DNA from: an uncultured Gemmatimonadales bacterium
Lineage (GTDB): Bacteria > Gemmatimonadota > Gemmatimonadetes > Longimicrobiales > RSA9
Length of the DNA: 64,000 bases
Reading direction: 5' to 3'
Assembly (NCBI GenBank): GCA_963783305.1
Contig: CAWAMW010000002.1
Location: 544,001-608,000, forward strand
Shown here: positions 8,170-16,913 of the stretch, piece after piece
How the letters are laid out: each line of letters opens with the position of its first letter
How positions within the stretch are numbered: position 1 is the stretch's first letter
The notes under the pieces: generated by a model
The model's database searches: none
Seen by the model: only the letters and a program-made list of their open reading frames with translations
What the model was told of the DNA's origin: nothing
Program-made: the position numbers and the translations under genes

Positions 8170-10875
8170 ATGACGCATACAGAAGCCACCGCGCTGCCGC
8201 GCCGCCGCAGAGCCGGCCCGCTCTCCCTCGCCCTGATCCTGCTGCCGCCTTTTTGGGTGGCGCTCCTCGCGGAGCCCATCGCCGGGCAGGTCCGGCCGTC
8301 GCCGCCGCCCGCGTCCGCGGCGGGGGACACGGTGACGCTCGTGCCGGCTCCCGAATACCAGGCCAGCGACCTGAAACGCACCCTCCTCGGATCCGGCTGG
8401 CGATCCCTGTGGACCACACCGGTCGATGTGCAGGTCCTCGACTTCGACGCGTACGCGGGCGGCGTGGACTGGACCGAGCGAGGGGGCGGGAACCAGAGCA
8501 TCACACTGCACCTGGAATCGGAGCAGGGCTGGCGCGAGTACATCTTCCGGTCGGTGAACAAGTTTCCGGAACAGGCGCTGCCGGAGGCGCTCGCCGGCAC
8601 CACCCTCGGCTGGGTCGTGGGCGACCTCATCAGCGCCATGTACCCTGCGGCGCCACTGCTCGTCCCGCCGCTCCTGGACGCCCTCGGCCTCCTGCACGTC
8701 GAGCCCGTGCTCCGCGTCATGCCCGACGACCCCCGGCTCGAGGTCTATCAGGACACGTTCGCCGGGATGCTCGGGACCGTCGAGCTTCGGCCGAACGAGG
8801 GGCCGGATGACACCCCCGGCTTCGCGGGATCATCGAAGATCAAGGGGACGGAGGAGTTCTTCAACGACCTCGACGCGAGTAAATCACACCGGCTCGACGA
8901 GCGGGAGTTCCTGGCCGCGCGGCTCCTCGACTTCATGATCAACGACACCGACCGGACCATGGACAACATGCGCTGGGCCCGGTACGGCACAGAGGACGAC
9001 TTCCACTGGAGGCCACTGCCTGTGGATCGCGACTGGGCTTTCGTGAACGCCGATGGCTGGGTCGGCAAGATCGCCACCGGCATCTATCCCAAGTTGGTGG
9101 AGCTCGGGCCCACGTATCCGGACATCGTATCGCTCACCTTCAGCTCCCACATCATTGACCGCAGGCTCCTCCAGCGCCTGACCCGCGACGATTTCGCCGG
9201 GGTGGCGGAGCTCGTCCAGGCCGCCATCACCGATGAGGCGGTGGAGACCGCGATCTCCCGCATGCCCGATCGCTGGCGCACTACCACCCACGCGCCCGAT
9301 CGAATCCGCGAGGTGCTGGAGGGTCGGCGCCAGCGCCTTCCGGACATCGCGGAGGATTTCTACGAGTATCTGGCCACCGATGTCGACATCCGGGGCACCG
9401 ACGAGCCGGACCTCGCGATCGTCGAGCGCCACGGCGATGGTCGCATCCGCGTCACACTCACCTGGCCGGAGGGCGACGCCCGCTCGGGCGAGCCCTTCTT
9501 CGACCGCACGTTCCTCCCGGCCGAGACCGGCGAGGTCCGTGTGTTCCTCCACGGCGCGGATGACGAGGCCCGCGTAATCGGCGCCAGCTCCGACGCCATC
9601 ACCGTGCGCGTCATCGGCGGCGGTGGCGATGATCGCTTCGTGGATGAAGCGGGCGGCGGGGCCACGCGCTTCTACGACGCGAACGGCGACAACGAGTTCC
9701 GGACGGCCCGCGGAACGAGCGTAAGCACCCGCCCCTGGGACCCGCCCACCCCCACCGAGGGGATGCGCCTCGGCGGCGCATGGGTCCCCGACTGGGCGGG
9801 CGGAAGGAAGTGGAGCCCCACCGTCGATTTCGGCGACGTGGCCGGCCTGGTGATCGGGGTCGGGCCCACATGGACCTCATACGGGTTCCGCCGCCTCCCC
9901 TACCACTGGACGCTCGCCGCCCGGGCCCTGTACTCCTTCGGAACAAACAGCCCCGGCGTCGAGCTCTCCGGCGACTACCGCCTCGAGAACTCCCCCCTCG
10001 CCCTCACTCTCGACGCTCGCGCCACGGACTTCGAGTCGTTCCGCTTCAACGGGTACGGCAACGACAGCCCCGATACGGGTGACGCGGGACTGATCCGGCA
10101 GGACCGGGTGGTGGTCTCACCCGCTCTCCGCTGGCACATCGGCTGGCGCCAGCGCGAGAGCGATCAGTTCCTCGTGGGCGCCGCCAAGCTCCAGGAGTCT
10201 GCCGGAGACGTCCGACCGCTCGTGGGGACGATGGACGTCGGGCCCACCTTCCTCTGGACCGACCCCGAGGCCGACCCCGGCTCGCCCGTCGCCACGGCCG
10301 ACTCCTTCAGCGCAGGCAGCCTCACAAGGCTCGGAGCCCGCACCGCTCTCGACCTGGACCGCACCGACAGGGACGGCGTGCCCCACCGCGGCTGGAAATT
10401 CCACGCGGGCGCCGCCGGGTACCCCGCATGGGCCGGGCTGCCCGACGCGTTCGCAGAAGGCTCGGCGGAGGCCAGCGCCTTCGTGCCGCTCATCGATACG
10501 GGCCTCCACATGGCCCTGCGTGCAGGAGGCAGTGGCGCGATCGGCGCCTTCCCCGTCCAGCACTCGCCCTTCGTGGGCGGACGCACCACCCTGCGCGGCT
10601 ACCGCTGGCAACGGTATCGCGGCGACGCCGCCGCGTTCGGCTCCGCGGAGCTGCGCGCGCCACTCGTGCCGGTCGAGCTCCTCATTCGCTGGAACACCGG
10701 CGTCTTCGGGCTCGCCGATGCCGGCCGGGTCTGGGTCGATGGCGAAAGCCCCGGCGGCTGGCACACCGCCTTCGGCGCGGGCCTCTGGCTCGAAGCCCTC
10801 GACAACGTCGTGAGCGCTGCGTGGGCACGGGGCGACGAGGACCGCTTCTACCTCCAGGTGAACACAGGCTTCTAG
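8170..10875 (+). CDS. Omp85/BamA-TamA-type outer-membrane protein with large N-terminal domain
   Basis: Signal peptide; C-terminal barrel with GGRTTLRGY..RYRG (VRGY-like) loop, ELRAPL, DAGRVW, terminal Phe. Confidence 0.75.
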   Translation: MTHTEATALPRRRRAGPLSLALILLPPFWVALLAEPIAGQVRPSPPPASAAGDTVTLVPAPEYQASDLKRTLLGSGWRSLWTTPVDVQVLDFDAYAGGVDWTERGGGNQSITLHLESEQGWREYIFRSVNKFPEQALPEALAGTTLGWVVGDLISAMYPAAPLLVPPLLDALGLLHVEPVLRVMPDDPRLEVYQDTFAGMLGTVELRPNEGPDDTPGFAGSSKIKGTEEFFNDLDASKSHRLDEREFLAARLLDFMINDTDRTMDNMRWARYGTEDDFHWRPLPVDRDWAFVNADGWVGKIATGIYPKLVELGPTYPDIVSLTFSSHIIDRRLLQRLTRDDFAGVAELVQAAITDEAVETAISRMPDRWRTTTHAPDRIREVLEGRRQRLPDIAEDFYEYLATDVDIRGTDEPDLAIVERHGDGRIRVTLTWPEGDARSGEPFFDRTFLPAETGEVRVFLHGADDEARVIGASSDAITVRVIGGGGDDRFVDEAGGGATRFYDANGDNEFRTARGTSVSTRPWDPPTPTEGMRLGGAWVPDWAGGRKWSPTVDFGDVAGLVIGVGPTWTSYGFRRLPYHWTLAARALYSFGTNSPGVELSGDYRLENSPLALTLDARATDFESFRFNGYGNDSPDTGDAGLIRQDRVVVSPALRWHIGWRQRESDQFLVGAAKLQESAGDVRPLVGTMDVGPTFLWTDPEADPGSPVATADSFSAGSLTRLGARTALDLDRTDRDGVPHRGWKFHAGAAGYPAWAGLPDAFAEGSAEASAFVPLIDTGLHMALRAGGSGAIGAFPVQHSPFVGGRTTLRGYRWQRYRGDAAAFGSAELRAPLVPVELLIRWNTGVFGLADAGRVWVDGESPGGWHTAFGAGLWLEALDNVVSAAWARGDEDRFYLQVNTGF

Positions 10876-10922
10876 ACCGGGACGCTCGCTGTTGGAACCT
10901 CCCTGCTCACGGGGAGCGATAG

Positions 10923-11259
10923 CAGGCTGCTGAAGAAGGCGCGGGAGTCGAGGGTCGAGGGTCGAGGGTCGATCCCTGCGGTCGCTCCGCTCCCTTCGGG
11001 ACCCGCTGGCGCGGGGGGTCGATCGCCCGCGCTGCGCGCGAGGCGACCGCGCTGCGCGCGGCGTCGACGGGACGGGGCACGCGCGTGTGCTTTTCCTTCC
11101 GGCTATGGCGGCGAGACATGCGAGTAAAAACGGAGCGCCGCGGAGATCGACCAGCGAGGCCGCAGGCCGAAGCGGTCGACCAGCGAGCGAAGCGACGCGA
11201 TCGACAGGGAGCGCGAGCGACCGTCCGCTTCCCCGCCTTCACCCTTTTTCAGCGCCCTG
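10923..11259. mobile_element. Candidate MITE / non-autonomous element
   Basis: Imperfect terminal inverted repeats CAGGCTGCTGAAGAAGG / CCTTTTTCAGCGCCCTG (14 of 17 complementary) enclosing palindrome-rich non-coding DNA; no clear target duplication. Confidence 0.5.
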
Positions 11260-11503
11260 AGAGCGCTTTCGCCAGATCTCCCCCCAACAGGGAGGGCGAA
11301 GCCCGACCGACCCGACAGCGCCCCGCAGGGGTGCGACCCAACGCTGGCGCGAAGCGCCGCATTCGCCGGTGAGTGGGAGGACCCCCTACGTTTATTCGCC
11401 TCTTGTAGTTACCATGGTTGTGTCACCCTCCCCGGGGACCGCCGTAGACCCTGGCCGTCAGGCCGAGGATCTCATTTGGAAACCAAGCGAGAGATAGCGA
11501 CGA

Positions 11504-12265
11504 ATGCTGCAGCTCCCTTCCAGGATCATCCTGTTTTCCTGTCTTATCACCCTCGCCACTCTGGCCACCCCACCTGATCTCCGGGCCTCCGAAGCGTCCC
11601 GCTCCGTGGCCGCCTCCACGGACCGCGCCCTCGGGGCCCTCGCCCGCCACGTGGAGAAGCAGAGTCACCCCGACGCCCTGCGGCTGGCATTCCGTGCCTA
11701 CTACGCATTCGCCGCGGAGCACCCGGACCGGCTCCGGAACCCGTACCTGTTTTACGTGGACTACGGCCTCGACAACCGGACGGCCCGCGGTTACGTCTTC
11801 GACATGGACCGGATGGAGCTCGTGGAGGGGCCGTTCACCGTCGCCCACGGCAGCGGCTCATCGAAGCGCAGGAACGCGGTCCCCACGCGGTTCTCCAACC
11901 GCGCCGGGAGCTATCAGTCCTCCCTCGGGCTCTACCTGGCCCAGGAGACCTACGCTTTCCGGGGTCGGTCGGGAGGGCGGCGGTATACGTCCGTCGGGCT
12001 CCGCCTGAAAGGGGTGTCCGGCGCGTTCAACGACGCCGCGCGGCGGCGCGGGATCGTTTCGCACGGGGCGCCATACGTCTCCGCCGGCGATGCCGGCCGG
12101 AGCCAGGGCTGTCCGGCCATGGAGGAGCACCGGGCTCGCCGGCTGCTTCCCATGATCGCCAACGGCGGGATGGTTTTCCTGTTCTCGCCCAGCGACACCC
12201 GGTGGCTGCGCGAGGACCCGTGGATCAGAGCGGGGAGGGCCGTACTGGCCGGAGCCGGGTCCTAG
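11504..12265 (+). CDS. Murein L,D-transpeptidase catalytic domain protein (YkuD_2-like)
   Basis: VAHGSGS, FSN..GSYQSSLG, SHGAPYV, GRSQGCPA; signal peptide. Confidence 0.85.
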   Translation: MLQLPSRIILFSCLITLATLATPPDLRASEASRSVAASTDRALGALARHVEKQSHPDALRLAFRAYYAFAAEHPDRLRNPYLFYVDYGLDNRTARGYVFDMDRMELVEGPFTVAHGSGSSKRRNAVPTRFSNRAGSYQSSLGLYLAQETYAFRGRSGGRRYTSVGLRLKGVSGAFNDAARRRGIVSHGAPYVSAGDAGRSQGCPAMEEHRARRLLPMIANGGMVFLFSPSDTRWLREDPWIRAGRAVLAGAGS

Positions 12266-12687
12266 TCGCCCCGGGAGCTGCCGATGCTGGCCACGATGGC
12301 GCTCGCGATCTCCTCCGGCTGACGCCCCTGGATCTCACCGCGCTCGAGCATTCCCACCAGCTCGCCGTTCCGGAAGAATCCGATGGACGGGGACGATGGC
12401 GGATACGGCTGGAGCCGCTGTCGCGCACGCTCCGTGGCCTCGAGATCCGCGCCAGCGAATACCGTCCCGAGCCGGTCGGGCCTCACCCGGTCCAGTGCAG
12501 CCTTCAGCGCCGGGCGCATCGTCCCCGCGGCGCAGCCGCACACTGAGTTCACCACCAGCATCGCGGTGCCCCCCTCCGACCCGTCCACGAACGCGTCCAC
12601 GCTCTCCGGACTTCGGAGCTCCTCGGCCCCCAGGTCGGTGAGCTCGGCGCGCATGGGCGCGATCATCATCTCGGGATAACGGTGCAC
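12262..12687 (-). CDS. BrxA/BrxB family bacilliredoxin
   Basis: YPEMMIAPMRAELT, VVNSVCGCAAG (CGC), TVFAG, PPSSPS. Confidence 0.92.
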   Translation of the reverse strand: MHRYPEMMIAPMRAELTDLGAEELRSPESVDAFVDGSEGGTAMLVVNSVCGCAAGTMRPALKAALDRVRPDRLGTVFAGADLEATERARQRLQPYPPSSPSIGFFRNGELVGMLERGEIQGRQPEEIASAIVASIGSSRGD

Positions 12688-12839
12688 TGTGCCTCCACTT
12701 CGGTGCGTTTCCTACTGCCCTGCGTTGCTGGCGCTGCCAACCTCCGCTACCGTGCCCCTCGACGCAAGAAACGCTCGCACGCCCGGCCCCTTCGTTATCT
12801 TCCACGGATGATGCTGTCACTGACCATCCCGGGCCCTCC

Positions 12840-15008
12840 TTGAAACGGACTCTCGACCTCCCCATCCGGGGCATGGACTGCGCTTCCTGCGCCGCGCACG
12901 TGCGCTCCGCCCTCGAGCGCGTCGATGGCGTGGATTCCGCCGATGTCCGCGTCGCCGCGGAGAAGGCCGTGGTCGAATACGACGACAGCCGCACCCGCTT
13001 CGACGACCTCGCCCACGCGGTCGTTTCCGCCGGATACTCCGTCGCTGCCGATCGACTGCCCCCGGGCATGCCGGACGGCGAAGATGGCGCGTCGGGTGCC
13101 GCAGCCGAGCGCGCCGCGGAGGCACGGGGATTCACTCGCCGCGCGCTCGGCGTGACCGGGCTCCTCTTCGGCTTCATCCTCGTCGTCGTCGTCGCGGGCG
13201 AGTGGCTCGGCCTCTTCGACATGGCCACCGAACGCGTGCCGTTCCCTCTTGGCGCCGCCATCGTCGCCCTGGTGGGCTGGCCGGCGTTCCGGGGAGTCAT
13301 CCGCTCCGCGCTCCGCGGCCGCGTCATCTCCCACACCCTCATGACCGTCGGGGTCGTGGCCGCCCTCCTCATCGGACAGTGGGTGACCGCCGCCGTCGTC
13401 GCCTTCTTCATGCGCGTCGGCGACTTCGTCGAGGGCTACACCATGGACCGGGGCCGCGACGCGCTCCGGGAGCTCGAGGCCCTCGCCCCCACCACAGCCA
13501 GGGTGGATCGGGACGGCGCCGAGGAGGAGATCCCCGTCGCCTCCGTCCGCCCGGGCGACCTTGTCGTGGTCCGACCCGGGGAGCGTATCCCCGTGGACGG
13601 CCGCGTCCTAGACGGCAGCGCCTCCGTCGAGCAGGCCACCATCACCGGGGAGTCCATGCCCGTCGACGTGACGGCAGGACACGACGTGTTCGCCGCCACC
13701 ATCGCCCGGGGCGGCGCGCTTCGCATCGAGGTCACCCGCGTCGGCGCTGATGCGACCTTCGGCCGGATCATCAGGATGGTCGAGGACGCCGAGGGGCAGC
13801 GAGGGCGCGTACAGAGCTTCGCCGACCGCTTCAGCACCTGGTACCTGCCGATCGTGGGCACCATCGCCCTGGCCACGTACCTGGTCCGGGGCGACGTCCT
13901 GGCCACCGCCGCCGTCCTCGTCGTCGCCTGCTCGTGCGCCTTCGCCATCGCCACACCCGTGGCCATGCTCGCCTCCATTGGCACCGCCGCCCGCCGCGGG
14001 CTCCTCATCAAGGGCGGCGCCTACATCGAGGCCCTCGCACGCGCCGACGTGGTGCTGGTGGACAAGACCGGCACGTTCACCGCGGGACGACCCAGCGTGG
14101 CCGAGATCGTCGCGCTCGACGGCTCCGAGCCCGACGAGGTGCTCCGCCTCGCCGCCTCCGCCGAGCGCGATTCAGAACACCCTCTCGCCGCCGCCATCCG
14201 CCACGAGGCCACCCGCCGCGGGCTCAGCCTCTCCGCACCCGCACACTTCCGCGCACTCGAGGGCGCCGGCATCGCGGCCGAGGTCGAGGGTCGACAGATC
14301 CTCGTCGGAAGCGCAGAGATCGCGCTCAGAACGGACGTCCCGGCCTCCCGGCCACCCGAGGCGGCTCCGACCGAGATCGAGAGGCTACGGGCCTCCGGAA
14401 TGACCGTTGCCCACGTCCGTCGCGACGGTCAGCTCATCGGCGCGCTGGGGCTCCGCGACGAGATCCGCCCGGATGTTCCCGCCGCCGTCGCCGAGCTGCG
14501 GGAAATGGGATTCCGCACCATTGAGCTGCTCACCGGCGACCACGAGCAGGCCACCGCGCCCGTGGCAGGAAGTCTGGGGGTCCAGCACCGCGCGGGGCTG
14601 CTCCCGGAGGACAAGATCCGGATCGTGCGAGAGTACCAGGAGCGCGGCCACACCGTGGTCATGATCGGCGATGGCGTGAACGACGCCCCCGCCCTCGCCC
14701 AGGCCGACGTGGGCATTGCCATGGGCGCCGCCGGTACCGACCTCGCCCTCGAGGTCGCCCACGTCGCCCTCCTCCGCGACGACTGGAGCCTCGTCCCCGA
14801 GGCTTTCCGCACCGCCCGGCGCACCATGGGCATCGTGAAGGGCAACTTCGGCCTGACGGGCGTCTACAACGTGGTGGGCCTCACCCTCGCCGCCACCGGC
14901 ATCCTACCCCCCATCCTGGCCGCCGCCGCACAGTCCATCCCCGACCTAGGGATCCTCGGGAACTCGGCACGGCTACTGAAACGACGGGACCCCCCCGGCC
15001 GGGGGTGA
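12840..15008 (+). CDS. Heavy-metal translocating P1B-type ATPase with N-terminal HMA domain
   Basis: GMDCASC, TGES, ACSCA, DKTGT, SEHP, GDGVNDAPAL. Confidence 0.93.
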   Translation: MKRTLDLPIRGMDCASCAAHVRSALERVDGVDSADVRVAAEKAVVEYDDSRTRFDDLAHAVVSAGYSVAADRLPPGMPDGEDGASGAAAERAAEARGFTRRALGVTGLLFGFILVVVVAGEWLGLFDMATERVPFPLGAAIVALVGWPAFRGVIRSALRGRVISHTLMTVGVVAALLIGQWVTAAVVAFFMRVGDFVEGYTMDRGRDALRELEALAPTTARVDRDGAEEEIPVASVRPGDLVVVRPGERIPVDGRVLDGSASVEQATITGESMPVDVTAGHDVFAATIARGGALRIEVTRVGADATFGRIIRMVEDAEGQRGRVQSFADRFSTWYLPIVGTIALATYLVRGDVLATAAVLVVACSCAFAIATPVAMLASIGTAARRGLLIKGGAYIEALARADVVLVDKTGTFTAGRPSVAEIVALDGSEPDEVLRLAASAERDSEHPLAAAIRHEATRRGLSLSAPAHFRALEGAGIAAEVEGRQILVGSAEIALRTDVPASRPPEAAPTEIERLRASGMTVAHVRRDGQLIGALGLRDEIRPDVPAAVAELREMGFRTIELLTGDHEQATAPVAGSLGVQHRAGLLPEDKIRIVREYQERGHTVVMIGDGVNDAPALAQADVGIAMGAAGTDLALEVAHVALLRDDWSLVPEAFRTARRTMGIVKGNFGLTGVYNVVGLTLAATGILPPILAAAAQSIPDLGILGNSARLLKRRDPPGRG

Positions 15009-15047
15009 CAGCCTCACGATGGAATGGCAGGCGGGTGAGATCGTCGG

Positions 15048-15872
15048 TCAGTCGACGGACCTCGGCGCATTCGGGTGCTCCTCCACCACGGTCCGCGGAT
15101 CGTACGACACGCGGGAGTGCGGGGGAACGCTCCGGAGCAGCCACACGCTGCCGCCGATGACGCTGCCGCGGCCCACCACCGTGTCACCCCCCAGGATCGT
15201 GGCGCCGGCATAGATCACGACGTCGTCCTCCACCGTCGGGTGCCGCTTCGTCCGGGCCATGCTCTTGTCGACGCTGAGCGCCCCAAGCGTCACGCCCTGA
15301 TACAGCTTGACGTTGTTGCCGATGTGCGTGGTCTCACCGATCACGATGCCGGTGCCATGGTCGATGCAGAAGCGCCGACCGATCACCGCCCCCGGGTGGA
15401 TGTCCACTCCGGTACGCGCGTGCGCACACTCCGTCAGCACCCGCGGCAGCACCGGCACTCCCCGGCTGAACAGATGGTGGGCGATCCGGTAGATCGCGAT
15501 GGCGAGGAACCCCGGATAGCTGCGGATGACCTCGGCGAGGTCGGTGGCGGCCGGGTCGCCGGCGAAGATGGCGTCGGCGTCCTCGAGCAGCAGCGCCTTC
15601 ATCTGCGGCAGTCGTGCCTCCAACTCCTCCGCGAGGGCCTCGGGCGCGTCGGGCAGGCTCCCCTCCAGAGGTCGGAGCAGGTGCGTGAGACGATTCCTGC
15701 TCGCCCCCCACCGGTCCTTGAACTCGTCGAAGCTCGTGGGTCGGCCCCGGGCCATCTCCGGGAAGAGCAGGTGCAGCAGGTCGCCGACCCACGCCCGCAC
15801 CTCATCGGGGGACGCGCCGGGGGGCGCGGTCCGATGATTCTCGAACAGGCGTCGCAGCTCCGCTTCGTCCAT
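15048..15872 (-). CDS. cysE: Serine O-acetyltransferase
   Basis: GDPAA, DIHPGA, IDHGTG, YQGVTLG, KRHPT; adjacent to cysK. Confidence 0.92.
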   Translation of the reverse strand: MDEAELRRLFENHRTAPPGASPDEVRAWVGDLLHLLFPEMARGRPTSFDEFKDRWGASRNRLTHLLRPLEGSLPDAPEALAEELEARLPQMKALLLEDADAIFAGDPAATDLAEVIRSYPGFLAIAIYRIAHHLFSRGVPVLPRVLTECAHARTGVDIHPGAVIGRRFCIDHGTGIVIGETTHIGNNVKLYQGVTLGALSVDKSMARTKRHPTVEDDVVIYAGATILGGDTVVGRGSVIGGSVWLLRSVPPHSRVSYDPRTVVEEHPNAPRSVD

Positions 15873-15908
15873 CGCTCTCCTCCGGTGTGGCTCCGCGTCG
15901 GCGCCCGG

Positions 15909-16889
15909 CTACTCCAGCACGGCCTCGAGACCGTCCGGCAGTGACGGCTCCACCGCCTCGGTGTACAGCGGGTTCGACAGGTAGCGCTCGCCGAAGTCGC
16001 ACACGATGGAGACGATGAGCTTCCCCTCGTTCTCCGGCCGCGCCGCCAGCTGGAGCGCTGCCCACGTGATCGAGCCGGAGCTGATCCCGGAGAAGATCGC
16101 TTCTTCCCGCGCCAGCCGGCGCGCGGTGGCGAAGGCGTTCTCGTTGGAGACGCGGATCACCTCGTCGTAGATGTCAGTGTCCAGCACCTCCGGGATGAAC
16201 CCGGCGCCGATCCCCTGCTGCTTGTGCGGTCCGGGCGACCCGCCGGAAAGCACGGGGCTCTCCTCCGGCTCCACCGCCACCACCTTGAGCTCCGGCTTCT
16301 GTTCCTTCAGATAGCGACCCGCGCCCGTCACCGTCCCACCGGTCCCCACCCCCGCGACGAAGAGATCCACCTCGCCGTCGGTGTCCTCCCAGATCTCCGG
16401 ACCCGTGGTGCGATAGTGCACGCCGGGGTTCGCCGGGTTCCGGAACTGGCCGGGCATCCAGCCCCGGTCGCCGAGTCGCTCCGCGATCCCTTCCGCCCTC
16501 TGGATGGCTCCCGGCATCCCGTCCGCGGCCGGCGTAAGAACGAGTGTCGCACCCAGCGCCCGCAGGAGCTGCCGCCGCTCCACCGTCATGGAGTCGGGCA
16601 TGGTGAAGATGCAGGGGAAGCCGTACGCCGTCGCAGCGAACGCCACGCCGATCCCGGTATTGCCGCTGGTGGGCTCCACCACGACCATCCCCTCCCTCAA
16701 AGCGCCGCTCTCCAGCGCCTCCTCCACCATTGCGACGCCGATCCGGTCCTTCACCGATGCGTACGGGTTGAACCCCTCGTGCTTGACCACGATCCGGGCG
16801 CCCAGCCCCTCCCCCAGCTTCCGGAGCCGTATGAGGGGTGTGTCCCCCATGGTCTCCGTGATCCGGTCGTACAGCCGTCCTCTCGCCAT
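15909..16889 (-). CDS. cysK: Cysteine synthase A
   Basis: SVKDRIG, EPTSGNTG, GVGTGGT, HKQQGIGAGF, GERYLS. Confidence 0.95.
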   Translation of the reverse strand: MARGRLYDRITETMGDTPLIRLRKLGEGLGARIVVKHEGFNPYASVKDRIGVAMVEEALESGALREGMVVVEPTSGNTGIGVAFAATAYGFPCIFTMPDSMTVERRQLLRALGATLVLTPAADGMPGAIQRAEGIAERLGDRGWMPGQFRNPANPGVHYRTTGPEIWEDTDGEVDLFVAGVGTGGTVTGAGRYLKEQKPELKVVAVEPEESPVLSGGSPGPHKQQGIGAGFIPEVLDTDIYDEVIRVSNENAFATARRLAREEAIFSGISSGSITWAALQLAARPENEGKLIVSIVCDFGERYLSNPLYTEAVEPSLPDGLEAVLE

Positions 16890-16913
16890 CCGCTCCTCCT
16901 GGTCCGCGTGTCG

